From Octopus vulgaris (lineage: Eukaryota): DNA of 64,000 nucleotides. Each line of letters opens with the position of its first letter. Position 1 is the first letter of the stretch. Both the position numbers and the translations under genes were made by a program. The notes below the pieces were generated by a model. It saw nothing but the letters and a program-made list of their open reading frames with translations. It ran no database searches and was not told where the DNA came from. Positions 26,851 through 39,710 of this stretch are shown here, piece by piece. The DNA lies in contig OX597820.1 of the NCBI GenBank assembly GCA_951406725.2, positions 53,878,001 through 53,942,000 of the forward strand, written 5' to 3'.

Positions 26851-27754
26851 AACTAATATTATGTTTACGTTTTGTTTGAACCTACAACTAAAATGAATCT
26901 TTCCTTGGTCTCACTGATTCTTTAGCGTGATTCTTTTCGTGATTCTTTTAGCGTGATTAGCGTGATTCTTTTCGTTTTGTCTGGAGAAATTCATTGTGCC
27001 CATGGCTTCAGCAATCTCCACGAAACTAGTCACACCGAGAAGTTAATTTTCTCCTTTAACAACTAGAACTTGAAGGCTGCAGAAAAAACAAAAAAAAAAA
27101 CAGAGAGAGTTCTAAAGGGATGATGTTCATCCAAGAATACATTATTTTTAACATATTCTCACTTATTTAAGACAGTACGGAGCATAATATAGAAGTATAG
27201 TTGGTTGCTATTTCTAGCTGCTCGCGTGCCTAGCTAAAGGCTTCCTCGTTGGCTTGTGGTTAGTTGTGGTTTTGCGGACAGGAGTGGTTTAAGATGACAG
27301 AAGTGCTTTTGTATAAACACTGATGCATCTGTGAATAGTTAGTATTGCTTTCTTCGATGTTGGTGCTTTTGAAGGTGATAGCATTGATGACGGGACATTA
27401 TGGATGTTGTGACGGTAAGAGTGAATAGTGTTTGAGCATTGAGAACGGTGTTCATAGAAATATATTTGGGGTGATGAGGTGACCATGGTTACTGCGAGTA
27501 TTTTGCGATGGTGATAGCCGCATGCGTGTATGTGTATGTATATGTATATGTGTGTGTGTGTGTGTATGTGTGAGGGGAGGGGTTGTTATGTGTATGCGCG
27601 TATTTTTGCGGGTGTAGGATTATGTTAGTAAATGTAATAATAGTAGGTCGGTGTTAATGATGCTGCAATGCGAGCTGTAAGAGTGATGATGCTTGGTGGT
27701 TGTAGTAGTGGTGGGGGTACTAGTTATTTGTTAATGATGTCATTAATGCGGTAC

Positions 27755-28310
27755 AAGCAATGGTGGTGGGGGTTGTGGTGGTAGTTGTGGTGGTATGGTG
27801 GCGGTGGTATGGTGGTCATCGTAGTAGTGATCGTTGTGGTAGTGGTTGTCGTGGAGGTGGTGATGGTGATGGTGGTGGTGGTGGTGTTGGTGGTGATGGG
27901 AGTGGTATGATGGTGACGGTGGTGGTGATAAGGTGGTGGTATGGTGGTCGTCGTGGTCGTAGCCGTAGTGGTAGAAATTGTGGTGGAGGTGGTGATGGTG
28001 GTGGTAGTGGGAGTGGTATGGGGGTGACGGTGGTGCTGATAAGGTAGTGGCTGTGGTGGTATGATGGTGGTTGTGATGGTATGGTGGTCGTCGTGGTCGT
28101 TGTAGTTGTGGTTGTCGTGGAGGTGGTGGTTAGAGTTGTATGGTAGTGACGGTGGTGGTGATAAGGTGGTGATTGTGGTAGTATGATGATGGTTGTGTGG
28201 TAGTATGATGATGGTTGTGGTGGTAATGGTAGTGGTTGTCGTGGAGGTGGTGATGATGGTTGTGGTGGTGGTGGTGGTGGTTGTGGCAGTCATCATCGTC
28301 GTCGTGGCGG
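27755..28310. repeat. Degenerate GGT-rich minisatellite
   Basis: GTGGTTGTCGTGGAGGTGGT and GACGGTGGTGGTGATAAGGT recur roughly every 100-130 bp. Confidence 0.7.
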
Positions 28311-28718
28311 TGTGTTACTAAACGTGATGATATGGAGTGGTGTTAATGAGGATAGTATGCTAACGGTTATGGTAACGCTATGTTAATGATGGCGTTATTG
28401 TAGAGACGTTGTTGTTGCTGTTAGCTGTGATGTGGATGATGTTACTGGTGATGATGGTGGTGATGGTGATGGTTGGTTATGGTGATGATCGTATTAGTGT
28501 TATGTCAGTTGTGGACTGGTGGAATTGGTGGAGCCGGTGATGCCATAAATGGTGGCATCAAACGACATAAGGCGGTTTCCAATATTTTCGACAGAACAAA
28601 AGCAGCGCACGGTGAATGATCAATTATTGACAATCCCTGAGTGAGTATACATATATACACACACATACATACATGTACACACACTCTCGCGCACATTCAC
28701 ACATATACGTATATACAT

Positions 28719-28770
<52 letters not shown>

Positions 28771-29003
28771 CTGTGTGTATGTGTGTGTGTATGTGTGTGT
28801 GTGTGAGAAGTATGCGTTTATGTGCCGACTTGTGTATGTGTGTATGTGTTAATAAACGAATGTGCATATATCTGTATGTGTTTGTATGTATATATGGGTA
28901 CATGTATGTGATTGATTGGTTGGTCTGCTTCATATCCGGGTCTTTCGCTTTAGTTCAGGTACTGAAGAACGTTTCAGTGATTTAATCTCAATAGATTTCA
29001 CTC

Positions 29004-29066
<63 letters not shown>

Positions 29067-29271
29067 ACATGTCCTTTGGGCTAGTCTTTGTGTGTGTGTG
29101 CGTTGTGTGTTCGTTCATTTGTCTACCTCATATATGCGTGCGCTCGTGGATGTGTGTAAATATATGTGTTTGCGGATATATGCATAAATTGGTCAGTGTT
29201 AATTCTTGTGTGTATCTATGTTGTCTACCTCGTCTCTAGGCTTCATTAACAATGAAAAAGCATGTGGATAT

Positions 29272-29338
<67 letters not shown>

Positions 29339-29589
29339 GAAAGAAAGACGGATAAATAGATAGAGAGAGAGTGAGAGATAGGGAAGTAGGTATGTAGTTG
29401 TTAGGAAAGTATGTTTGGTAGATAGATAGATTGAGACAGACAGACAGACTGATTGATAGACAGACAGACAGATAGACAAACAGCTAGCTAGATAGATAGA
29501 TACATACATACATACATACATACATACATACACACATAGACAGACAGACAGATAGGCAGACAGACAGACAGACAGAAAGACAGACAGAC

Positions 29590-29671
<82 letters not shown>

Positions 29672-29868
29672 AGCATGGTGAATGGGAGCGCAAAAAGTAT
29701 GTTAAAAGGGGACAATTTTATTGTCTTATTTTACTTACAAATTTTTTTCTACCGAGCAGAGGGACGGTTCAAAACACATATACACACAAGCATACGTACA
29801 TACATATGATATAGTCTCAAACATCGACAAATAAACAGATAGATATATAGATTGACACTGGGACAGAC

Positions 29869-29961
<93 letters not shown>

Positions 29962-30253
29962 TTTTCTGTCACGTCCGGTAAATGCAGATAGAATTAAAGA
30001 AGGAAGAAGCGCACTGCTTAAAGAATTATGTGATTGAGGACGCGCCGGTTTAAAAAGTCTGTGATTCGGAAGAACCAGGATATTTGCGTTATGTAGAAAA
30101 CCTTCCGTCGCTTTTCTGATTATCAATATTTATGTTGGTGATTTGACAACTTCCGTGTATTTATTGGTTTAGCCTCTCATACAAGACAATTGCACTCACA
30201 AATATATTCAATCATATACACGTATATACGTATGTGTGTGTGTACAGATAGAT

Positions 30254-30303
<50 letters not shown>

Positions 30304-30417
30304 CACACATATATACATATATATACATCTATATACGTATGTACATAAATATATATACATATATATAAATAGATAGAGATAGAGAGAGAGATACATACAT
30401 ATATACATATGTATATC

Positions 30418-30501
<84 letters not shown>

Positions 30502-30599
30502 TATATGTATATATATACCTGTGCGCTTGTGAGTGAATGTATGTGTATACACATATATATATGTTATCACATGACTATATATGAACATACACACGAGTA

Positions 30600-30644
<45 letters not shown>

Positions 30645-30735
30645 ATATATATATACATAGACACATACATATATGCATAAGTACATACAACATACATATA
30701 TGATAGTGAGTGAATATATTAAGAGAAACATACGC

Positions 30736-30787
<52 letters not shown>

Positions 30788-31431
30788 GTATGTATATGTA
30801 TATATGATATGATATGATATTTTATAACGAGAATGTCAAGACTGCACCAGATAACCAAGCAGTATCTCTCAATATGTCTCCTTGTAGTATTCTCTATTGT
30901 CCACATGAATAATGACGTGTAATGACAGAAGGAACCATTGTTAAGCAAAGCCACTTCTGATCCGATCTGATAGAATCATTGTCTATAAAAATCAAGACTT
31001 GATAGAACTAAAGTGCTATAGAGCTGTGTGCATGGTCAGTGTGTTGGCGGAAACGGTATGTATAGGTCACCGGCATTAAAGAGATGCTAGCTGGCTGAAG
31101 ATCTGTTAACGAGAGAATGACAGACATCAATCAATTTACTATCCAGCTTTGGATGCTTCGTATGGAGTAGTATGTCGTAAAACTAGACACACATATAAAT
31201 GCATGCAATCGCCTTCATATACGAATATAAATAGGTAGCCATATACAGGCACGTATAGACAACCGCATTCACTTTAAACGCAAATTTGAACACACGTCAT
31301 AATTTTGAGCATGCATATGAATCTTTGACCGTATGTGTGTATGAATGTATGTATTTTTATATGTGCATATGTATGTGTGTGTGTATATATATATATATAC
31401 ACATACATAGAAACATATATATATATTAACA

Positions 31432-31481
<50 letters not shown>

Positions 31482-31579
31482 ATAGTAGTAACAGCAGCAG
31501 CAGCACCAGCACCAGCAGCAGTAGGAGGAGGAGGAGGAGGGTCAGCAGCAGCAGCAGCGGTAGCAGTAGTAGTAGTAGC

Positions 31580-31649
<70 letters not shown>

Positions 31650-31676
31650 ACTGCTGCAGCAGCTGTAGTAGTAGTA

Positions 31677-31833
31677 TATAACAGTTTGACTCGGCTTCTT
31701 GCAAGTTAAAGTCCCGCAGACTCGTAAAACGAACCAATCTCCTGAAGCTTCTGTTACCTAAGTCCGAAAGATCAGGTTCGTTTTACAAGCCCACGAAAAT
31801 TTGACTTGCATGGAACCGAATCAAACTGTTATA
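31677..31833. mobile_element. Small palindromic MITE
   Basis: ~59-bp imperfect arms: TATAACAGTTTGACTCGG..GCAAGT..GTAAAACGAACC and GGTTCGTTTTAC..ACTTGC..CCGAATCAAACTGTTATA. Confidence 0.8.
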
Positions 31834-31851
31834 ATATATTACATGTAACAA

Positions 31852-32180
31852 GACGGTAAGCTGGCAGAATCGTTAGCACGCCGGGTGAAATGCTTAGCGG
31901 TATTTCGTCTGCCGTTACGTTCTGAGTTCAAATTCCACTGAGGTCGACTTTGCCTTTCATCCTTTCGGGGTCGATTAAATAAGTACCAGTTACGCACTGG
32001 GGTCGATATAATCGACTTAATCCGTTTGTCTGTCCTTGTTTGTCCCCTCTATATTTAGCTCCTTGTGAGCAATAAAGAAATAGGTATTTCGTCTGTCACT
32101 AGGTTCCGAGTTCAAATTCCGCTGAGGTCGACTTTGCCTTTCATCCTTTCGGGGTCGATAAATTAAGTACTATTTGCGCA
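31852..32180 (+). mobile_element. SINE family B, about 1.5 units
   Basis: Head, core and tail, then a head-less second unit. Confidence 0.88.
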
Positions 32181-32277
32181 CTTTATAAGTACCAACGCAC
32201 GAAACTATCGGACCTTGAGCTACTTTGTTACTTCTGATATATATATATATATATATATATAAAAGAAGCTCGTCGTC

Positions 32278-32495
32278 GTAAATATTCAGACAAATACATA
32301 ACAAAAGCACCAGGACTTACAAACACATATAACATACAGAAAATTGCACTACTAGGCACTACACACATCCTACGCAGAACACTTTCCATACAATAACCAT
32401 CAGAGCATCACAACAAATCACAGCACATACCTAAGGCACACAGAGCTGCGCTCGGTAGTGAAGTGAAAGCACGCTATAAAAATAAAACTACTGAA
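32278..32495 (+). mobile_element. R4/Dong-like extreme 3' fragment
   Basis: KYSDKYITKAPGLTNTYNIQKIALLGTTHILRRTLSIQ*, then a 3'UTR and (AAT)n. Confidence 0.8.
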
Positions 32496-32520
32496 TAATA
32501 ATAACAACAACAACAACAAC

Positions 32521-32594
<74 letters not shown>

Positions 32595-32596
<2 letters not shown>

Positions 32597-32810
32597 GTTT
32601 CAAATTTTCCCACAAGGGCAGCCATTTTGTGACAGAGAGTAAGTCGATTAGATCGATTCCAGTGCTCGATTGGTACTTATTTTATCGACACCGAAAGGGA
32701 TGAAACGCAAAGCCGACTTCAGCAGAATTTGAACTCAGAACGTAAAGAGCGAGAAGAGGCGCCGCTTAACATTTTAATCGACATCTAACGATTCTAACAA
32801 CATGCCGCTT
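32595..32810 (-). mobile_element. SINE family B, diverged, alternative tail
   Basis: Reverse complement of the core is present (GGTACTTATTTTATCGAC..GAATTTGAACTCAGAACG). Confidence 0.8.
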
Positions 32811-32821
32811 TAGGAGTAGTT

Positions 32822-32895
<74 letters not shown>

Positions 32896-32926
32896 TGTTG
32901 TTGCTGTTGTTGTTGTAGTAATAGTG

Positions 32927-33040
<114 letters not shown>

Positions 33041-33567
33041 AATAATAATAATAATAATAATAATTTCAGAAGAGTTCAATAATCTTAATGTACTCCAGCT
33101 ATTTTTATTAATTTTTCTGTTTTATTATATTGGTAATTTGTTGGTTTTATATTTAATTTTTTTTTTTCAGTTCCTTGCTTCGACTATTTTGTTTGACGAA
33201 GCAACAGCTTGTAACAAAAGCTTCCCTAATATGATTCCTGTACAACTCTTATTATTAACTGTTTGGACACCTACCTTGGGGAAATAAAGACTTTGGAGAT
33301 GATTACTCATTCCATACTTTTGTAGTGTAGTTCTCGTTTTTAATCGAAATGACTCAGAAAGATAGATGTGTTTAGACGAGAATTTAAAAAGATTCGGTGA
33401 AATACTTTCTAAATCCCTCCTCGCGTTTTGAATAGATTCAAATAATACAATTTTATGTTGGTATCTTCAATTTGCATCATGCAACTAACGAAACTTTATG
33501 TTAAGTTTTTCTCTGGATTTTTTGTTGTATTATTTTTTATTTTGGGTTTTCTTTTATTTTCATAAAT

Positions 33568-33843
33568 AGGTTCAGGTGTGGTTGAATGGTTTAGAAGCTT
33601 GCTTCCCAGCCATAGGGTCTTGGGTTCAGTCCCACAGCGTAGTACCTTGGGCAGGTGTCTCCTACTTAACCTTGGGGCCAACCAAAGTGCCTTGGAAGTA
33701 GATTTGGTAGACAGAAATTGAAACAATCCCATCGTATATCTATGGACAGATAACCGAAGAGATGGTGTTGTGGATTTCCACTTCGGCATCCGAAACTCAG
33801 AGTTTTATCTTGGCTATTGAATAATAGTAACATATTAATTTAC

Positions 33844-33898
<55 letters not shown>

Positions 33899-34040
33899 AT
33901 AAATTATTAATAAAATGTATGTGTGTGTATATGTACATGAATGTGTGGGTGTGTTTCTGCTATGTTTGTCCCCCATCACCGCTTGGCAACCAGCGTTGGT
34001 TTGTTTACGTTCCTGTATCTTAGTGGTTCGGCAAAAGAAA
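33568..34040 (+). mobile_element. SINE family A interrupted by a PLE hammerhead fragment
   Basis: 5' half at 33568-33740, insert at 33747-33849, (TA)n, and a partial 3' half at 33950-34040. Confidence 0.8.
33747..33816 (+). ncRNA. Third copy of the CCGAAGA variant hammerhead (solo PLE terminal-repeat fragment)
   Basis: Nearly identical to 7977-8046; here stem II ends CATCC-GAAA and the stem I 3' strand is TTATCTTGGCTA. Confidence 0.6.
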
Positions 34041-34227
34041 GCCGAAAGCACAAAATATCAGTGCGAGACACAACCTTAAAAGCCCTGAGATTGTTGTTAG
34101 ATATCCCCTACAGAACCGTTATATGGGAGCAAGTTATTTGTATGACATATTGAAATGTTGCTTTTGCGTTTGATATCTACATATGGTAATTAGATAACTT
34201 TAATAATTATAATACTTTAATTACTCT

Positions 34228-34444
34228 TATACTTCTTTCAATTATTTGACTGCGGTCCTGCGAGACACTGCCTTGAAGGGGTTTTGTCGAACAAATCGAC
34301 CCCAGGACTTATTTATTTGTAAACCTTGTACATATTATATCGGCATTTTAGCTGAACCGCTAAGTTACGAGATCGTAGACACACCAACACCGGTTGTCAA
34401 ACGATGATGGGGGGGGAGACAAACACAGACACAAAGACACACAC

Positions 34445-34489
<45 letters not shown>

Positions 34490-35182
34490 TGTTTCTTTAT
34501 TAGCCACACCGGGCTGCACACAGATAGAACAAATTACAAGGTAGAGCTTTTCTTTTGAATGGTTAGGAAAAAAAAAAAAAAAAAAAGGAAGGGGGAGTTT
34601 CGATCAAAAGGGATCGTAAAAGGAGAGAAAGAGGACAAAAAAAGGGGGGGTTAAAAAAAGGGGGGGAGGAAAAAAATTGATCAATAGGGATCGTTATCAC
34701 AGAAATGTCAATATGAAGTGTAAAGGGGAGGACAGGTGAGGTTTACCCGTGGAAAGAAAAGCCTACGGAAAAGACCACGGTAACCTCGGTCAATGAAGTC
34801 ACATTTTATATTTCTTTTTTTTTTTTTTTTTTTTTTGCAAATAAGCAACTCTCTGTTTTCGATTTCTGGGTTCATAGGACTATGCTCAAGGTGGCTTCGT
34901 CATTCATACGTGCCATTCTTGCTACATTCACCCATCTTTTTTTAAAACATTCGCTAGACAAAACTTGCCTCTCTACTCTCACTTTCCTTTTCAAGTGGTA
35001 CTTGAAGAAGTTGATGAGAGATTGACCAGAGAGGAAAGTGTTTGTCTCCAATCCTTTCAGACGCGTCCACCAGATACATTCTTTCGCCATAGCCACAAGG
35101 ATGATGAAAATAGCTCTTCCTTCCCGTTTGAAGGAAGGAGGCGTGACAATATTGACGATAGACTCAGCTGATAAACCGACTC

Positions 35183-35265
<83 letters not shown>

Positions 35266-35429
35266 GGCAGGTTTTTTTTCAGTTTACGTGTAGCAAATCC
35301 ACTCACAAGGTTTTGGTCGACCCAATGCTACAGCAGAAGACACTTGCCCAAGGTTCCACGCAGTGGGACTGAGCTCGGAACCATATGGTTGGGAAGCAAG
35401 CTTCTTACCACACAGAGACGCCTATTTCA
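34228..35429 (-). mobile_element. SINE family A split by a Tx1/L1-like insertion in its central (GATA)n
   Basis: 3' half at 34228-34445 and 5' half at 35264-35429. Confidence 0.85.
34489..35182 (-). mobile_element. 5'-truncated L1-clade (Tx1-like) retrotransposon: ORF2 C-terminus and 3'UTR
   Basis: Open frame ..FIILVAMAKECIWWTRLKGL..LINFFKYHLKRKVRVERQVL..FKKRW..stop at 34872, resembling the 'AK..IW..R' tail of Tx1/L1 ORF2. A pyrimidine-rich 3'UTR ends AATAAAGAAACA. (GATA)n lies on both sides. Confidence 0.72.
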
Positions 35430-35489
35430 TAAGTTACAAATTATTATAACAGATTAAATAATACAGCTTTAATTATTGCTTTAATAGTT

Positions 35490-35684
35490 AAGGCAGAGAG
35501 CTAACAGGGACATCAGCACGCCGGAAAAAATGCGTAGCGGCATTTCGTCCGTCTTTATTCTCTGAATTCAAATTCCACCGAGATGGACTTTGCGTTTTAT
35601 CCTTCCGGGGGCGATAATATAAGTATCAGCCAAGTACTGGGGTCCATGTAATCGACTTAACTCTTCCGTCAAAAACTACTGCGG

Positions 35685-35685
<1 letters not shown>
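35490..35685 (+). mobile_element. SINE family B, diverged monomer
   Basis: Core motif is recognisable. Confidence 0.75.
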
Positions 35686-35758
<73 letters not shown>

Positions 35759-35799
35759 TTATAACTTATATAAAGTTATATATATATATTTATAACTTT

Positions 35800-35974
35800 T
35801 GAAATAGGCGTCTCTGTATGGTAAGAAGCTTGCTTCCCAACCATATGGTTCCGGGTTCAGTCCCACTGCGTGGAACCTTGGGCAAGTGTCTTCTGCTGTA
35901 GCATCGGGTCGACCAAAACCTTGTGAGTGGATTTGCTAGACAGAAACTAAAAAAAAACCTGCCATGTCTCTATA

Positions 35975-36027
<53 letters not shown>

Positions 36028-36044
36028 GTGTGTGTCCTTGTGTC
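35800..36044 (+). mobile_element. SINE family A 5' half; inverted duplicate of 35264-35429 and its GATA flank
   Basis: Shares private variants with 35264-35429. Confidence 0.85.
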
Positions 36045-36057
36045 ACACACACACACT

Positions 36058-36163
<106 letters not shown>

Positions 36164-36890
36164 ACACTTTTAGTTGTTATAATTGGCATGATAGTTTTAG
36201 TAGTAGTTATAACATATTGCGTCTGGATGAGTAATATTGTAATATCTTGCTGGAAAATGTATGAGATGTTACTAACGTTCTGTTGATTATATATTTGATT
36301 ATATATTTGAAAATGTTCCAACATCATTGCATCTCATAGTGTTTCTCTAAATGTATAGGACATTTGTGTCGAATCTGAGGAACCCAACTTTATTCTGTGT
36401 AGACTTAATGTGTCATCTTGTTTGACACCACTGTGTAATCCTTCAATACCTTTATCAGAGAAAAATCTTTGGGCCAGCTTTTCGTTTTGGGGGATAACTT
36501 CATTCTAAACCACAGTCACAGACTATAGCGAAGTATGGTGGTAGATGACCCGCTCTTGTTGGATTAATCCATTAACTATAAAGATTGAGTTTCTAAACGC
36601 AAACTTATAAACTTTTTCTCCAATGAATTGTAAGAAATCTTAACCCCCAGCACTGGAGATTCTGTTTTTAATATAAACTCTCCTCTCGTTTAAATAACGG
36701 ACAGCTTTGCTTCTTAAGTTTTCCTTTCGCTGAAAAAGTTTTGTCCGAAACGCTAGAATTGTTATATCTCACACCAGATAACACACTTTAGCATTTTTCC
36801 TTTTAGTCGATGACATTGTACATAGACACTAGAAGCCAACAAAGGAGAATCTGCTTGGCTACATGACCAGGTAGGAATAGTAAACAAACA

Positions 36891-37476
36891 GGCGGCGAGA
36901 TAGCAGAAGCGTTAACACGCCGGGCGAAATGCTTAGCGGTATTTTGTCTGCCGCTACATTCTGAGTTCAAATTCCGCCGAGGTCGACTTTGCCTTTCATC
37001 CTTTCGGGGTCGATTAAATAAGTACAAGTTACACACTGGGGCCGATATAATCGACTTAATCCGTTTGTCTGTCCTTGTTTGTCACCTCTGTGTTTAGCCC
37101 CTTGTGGGTAGTAAAGAAATAGGTATTTCGTCTGTCTTTACGATCTAAGTTCAAATTTCGCCGAGGTCGACTTTGCCTTCCTTCCTTTAAATACCAGTTA
37201 CGTACTAAGGTCGATATAATCGACTTAATCCGTTTGTAGCTCCTTGTTTGTCCCCTCTGTGTTTAGCCCCTTGTGGGTAGTAAAGAAGTAGGTATTTCGT
37301 CTGCTGTTACGTTCTGACTTCAAATTCCACCGAGGTCGACTTTGCCTTTCATCCTTTCGGGGTCGATAAATAAAGTACCAGTTACGCACTGGGGTCGATG
37401 TAATCGACTTAATCCCTTTGTCTGTCCTTGTTTGTTTCTTCTATGTTTAGCCCCTTGTGGGCAATAAAGAAATAAG
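36891..37476 (+). mobile_element. SINE family B trimer
   Basis: One head and three cores; internal junctions GTAGTAAAGAA(A/G)TAGGTATTTCG; terminal GGGCAATAAAGAAATAAG. Confidence 0.9.
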
Positions 37477-37923
37477 AAATAAGGAAACAAACATACCTCA
37501 ATTCATATCCTACCATCTTTATAAATAGATAATGTAGCGTTAGAGTCTCCAGCAAAAAAAAAAAAAAAAAGATACGGATGGGCACGGTGGGATACGATTT
37601 TTACAGCGACTCGATTTTCTTTGAGTTGACGGGAAGGAAGTAAGCAACAAAAACTACATCAGCTACAATCTCTAATCTAAAAGATTGTAGCTCCAAAACA
37701 TAAGTTAACAACAACAATATCAACATCAACAACAACATCAACAACAACGGCAATAACAACAAAAACAACAACAGCAGTGTGTACAGCATTAACAAACGTT
37801 AATTCGCTGACAATTGTGGTTTATTTCTCTTATCCCTCAGCAAATATGGAATTTTAATTGGTGGACTGGCAGATACAGACACACAGACATGCATACCACA
37901 TATATGTATGTATGAACGTGTAT

Positions 37924-38006
<83 letters not shown>

Positions 38007-38121
38007 TTTTTAAACACCCACATATGCATAGTATACTAACACAAATAATTACAAATATGTTTATAATGTTTATACACAATGTACAGGAAACATTCGCACA
38101 TATACGTGTAAATAATATATA

Positions 38122-38496
38122 GGCGCAGGAGTGGCTGTGTAGTAAGAAGTTTGCTTACCAACCACATGGCCCTGGGTTCAGTCCCACGGCGTGGCACCTT
38201 GAGCAAGTGTCTTCTTCTATAGCGTCGCGCCGACCAAATTATTGTGAATGGATTTGGTAGACGAAAACTGAAGGAAGCCCATCGTATATGTATGTGTGTG
38301 TTTGTGTTTGTCACGCCACCACCAACAACGCTTGGCAACCGATGCTGGTGTGTTTACGCCCCCGTGATTTAGCGGTTCGGCAAAAGACACCGATAGAACA
38401 AGTACTAGGCTTACAAAGAATAAACGCTGGGGTCGATTTGCTCGACTAAAGGCGGTGCTCCAGCATGGCCACAGTCAAATGACTGAAACAAGTAAA
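38122..38496 (+). mobile_element. SINE family A, full-length reference copy (tRNA-derived head)
   Basis: A box-like TGGCTGTGTAG, B box-like GGTTCAGTCCC, GCACCTTGAGCAAGTGTCTT core, central TG tract, and a tail ending AAATGACTGAAACAAGTAAA before (CA)/(TA)n. Confidence 0.9.
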
Positions 38497-38497
38497 T

Positions 38498-38620
<123 letters not shown>

Positions 38621-38803
38621 ACTTAAAAGTACAAAGTGAGATAGGGGTTATGAGTGTAACCCACTATGGGATATCATTTATCCAATATACTGCCAGTAAA
38701 GTACCCAGAAAGGCTAATACATAAATGCTAAGAATTGCAATGCAATTAATTCATTTATTGTATTATATGAGCGAATTGAAAGAAATCTACTCCTCCATTT
38801 TCT

Positions 38804-38841
<38 letters not shown>

Positions 38842-39168
38842 GACGCATAACGTAAACATACGCATATATACGCTCATACAAATATGTATTTAGACCTATA
38901 CACCTATGCATACGCCCAAATTGTATATATCCCCACATAGGTATTTCGACATATGTATCCACCTACATACAGATAAATACCTGTGTATATACATATGTAC
39001 ATACATACATTTTTATATGCGCGTATGCATAAATATATACGAATGAATGAATTCATGTATGTATGTATGTATGTATGCATGTATGTATGTATGTATGTAT
39101 GTATGTATGTATGTATGTATGTATGTATGTATGTATGTATGAATGTATCTATGTTACATGTATGTATG

Positions 39169-39209
<41 letters not shown>

Positions 39210-39710
39210 GCACACAGGCAAAAACGCAAGAAACATATAATTCTTGCACACGTAATCATATGTGTGTAAACACAAAAATATATAAACCTAAAGGAGTGTC
39301 TGCATTAACCCTTATAAGGAGAAGATGACACACACACACTGACAATTACATAAAACACATATACATACACATATACTATACATTGCCACTTCACATCACA
39401 CGGATATATAAATACAACGTTAATACGTATACGCATGCGTAAGCTCACATATATCTCTAGCGCCCATGAACGTTTTTTAAGACAGATGATAGTATCTTTA
39501 CATAAATGCAAGGACGTATTCTGACATATGCACACACGTAATTAAATTATTATATCATATTTTTATACACAAGTATATATTAATGCGCATGCGTAACCAG
39601 ATTAATAGTGAAACCGACACAATCACATAATCTCACTTATATAAGTATATATAATATATACACAGAGGCACAGGAGTGACTGTGTGGTAAGAAGCTTACT
39701 TGCGAGCTGG

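Noticed and set aside
33155-33290. Exon after a poly(T)-CAG acceptor
   Set aside because: Short uninformative peptide, no convincing donor, and no other exons found.
36725-36760. Hammerhead-like CTGAAAA..CCGAAACGCTA
   Set aside because: The core and stems are too degenerate to support.
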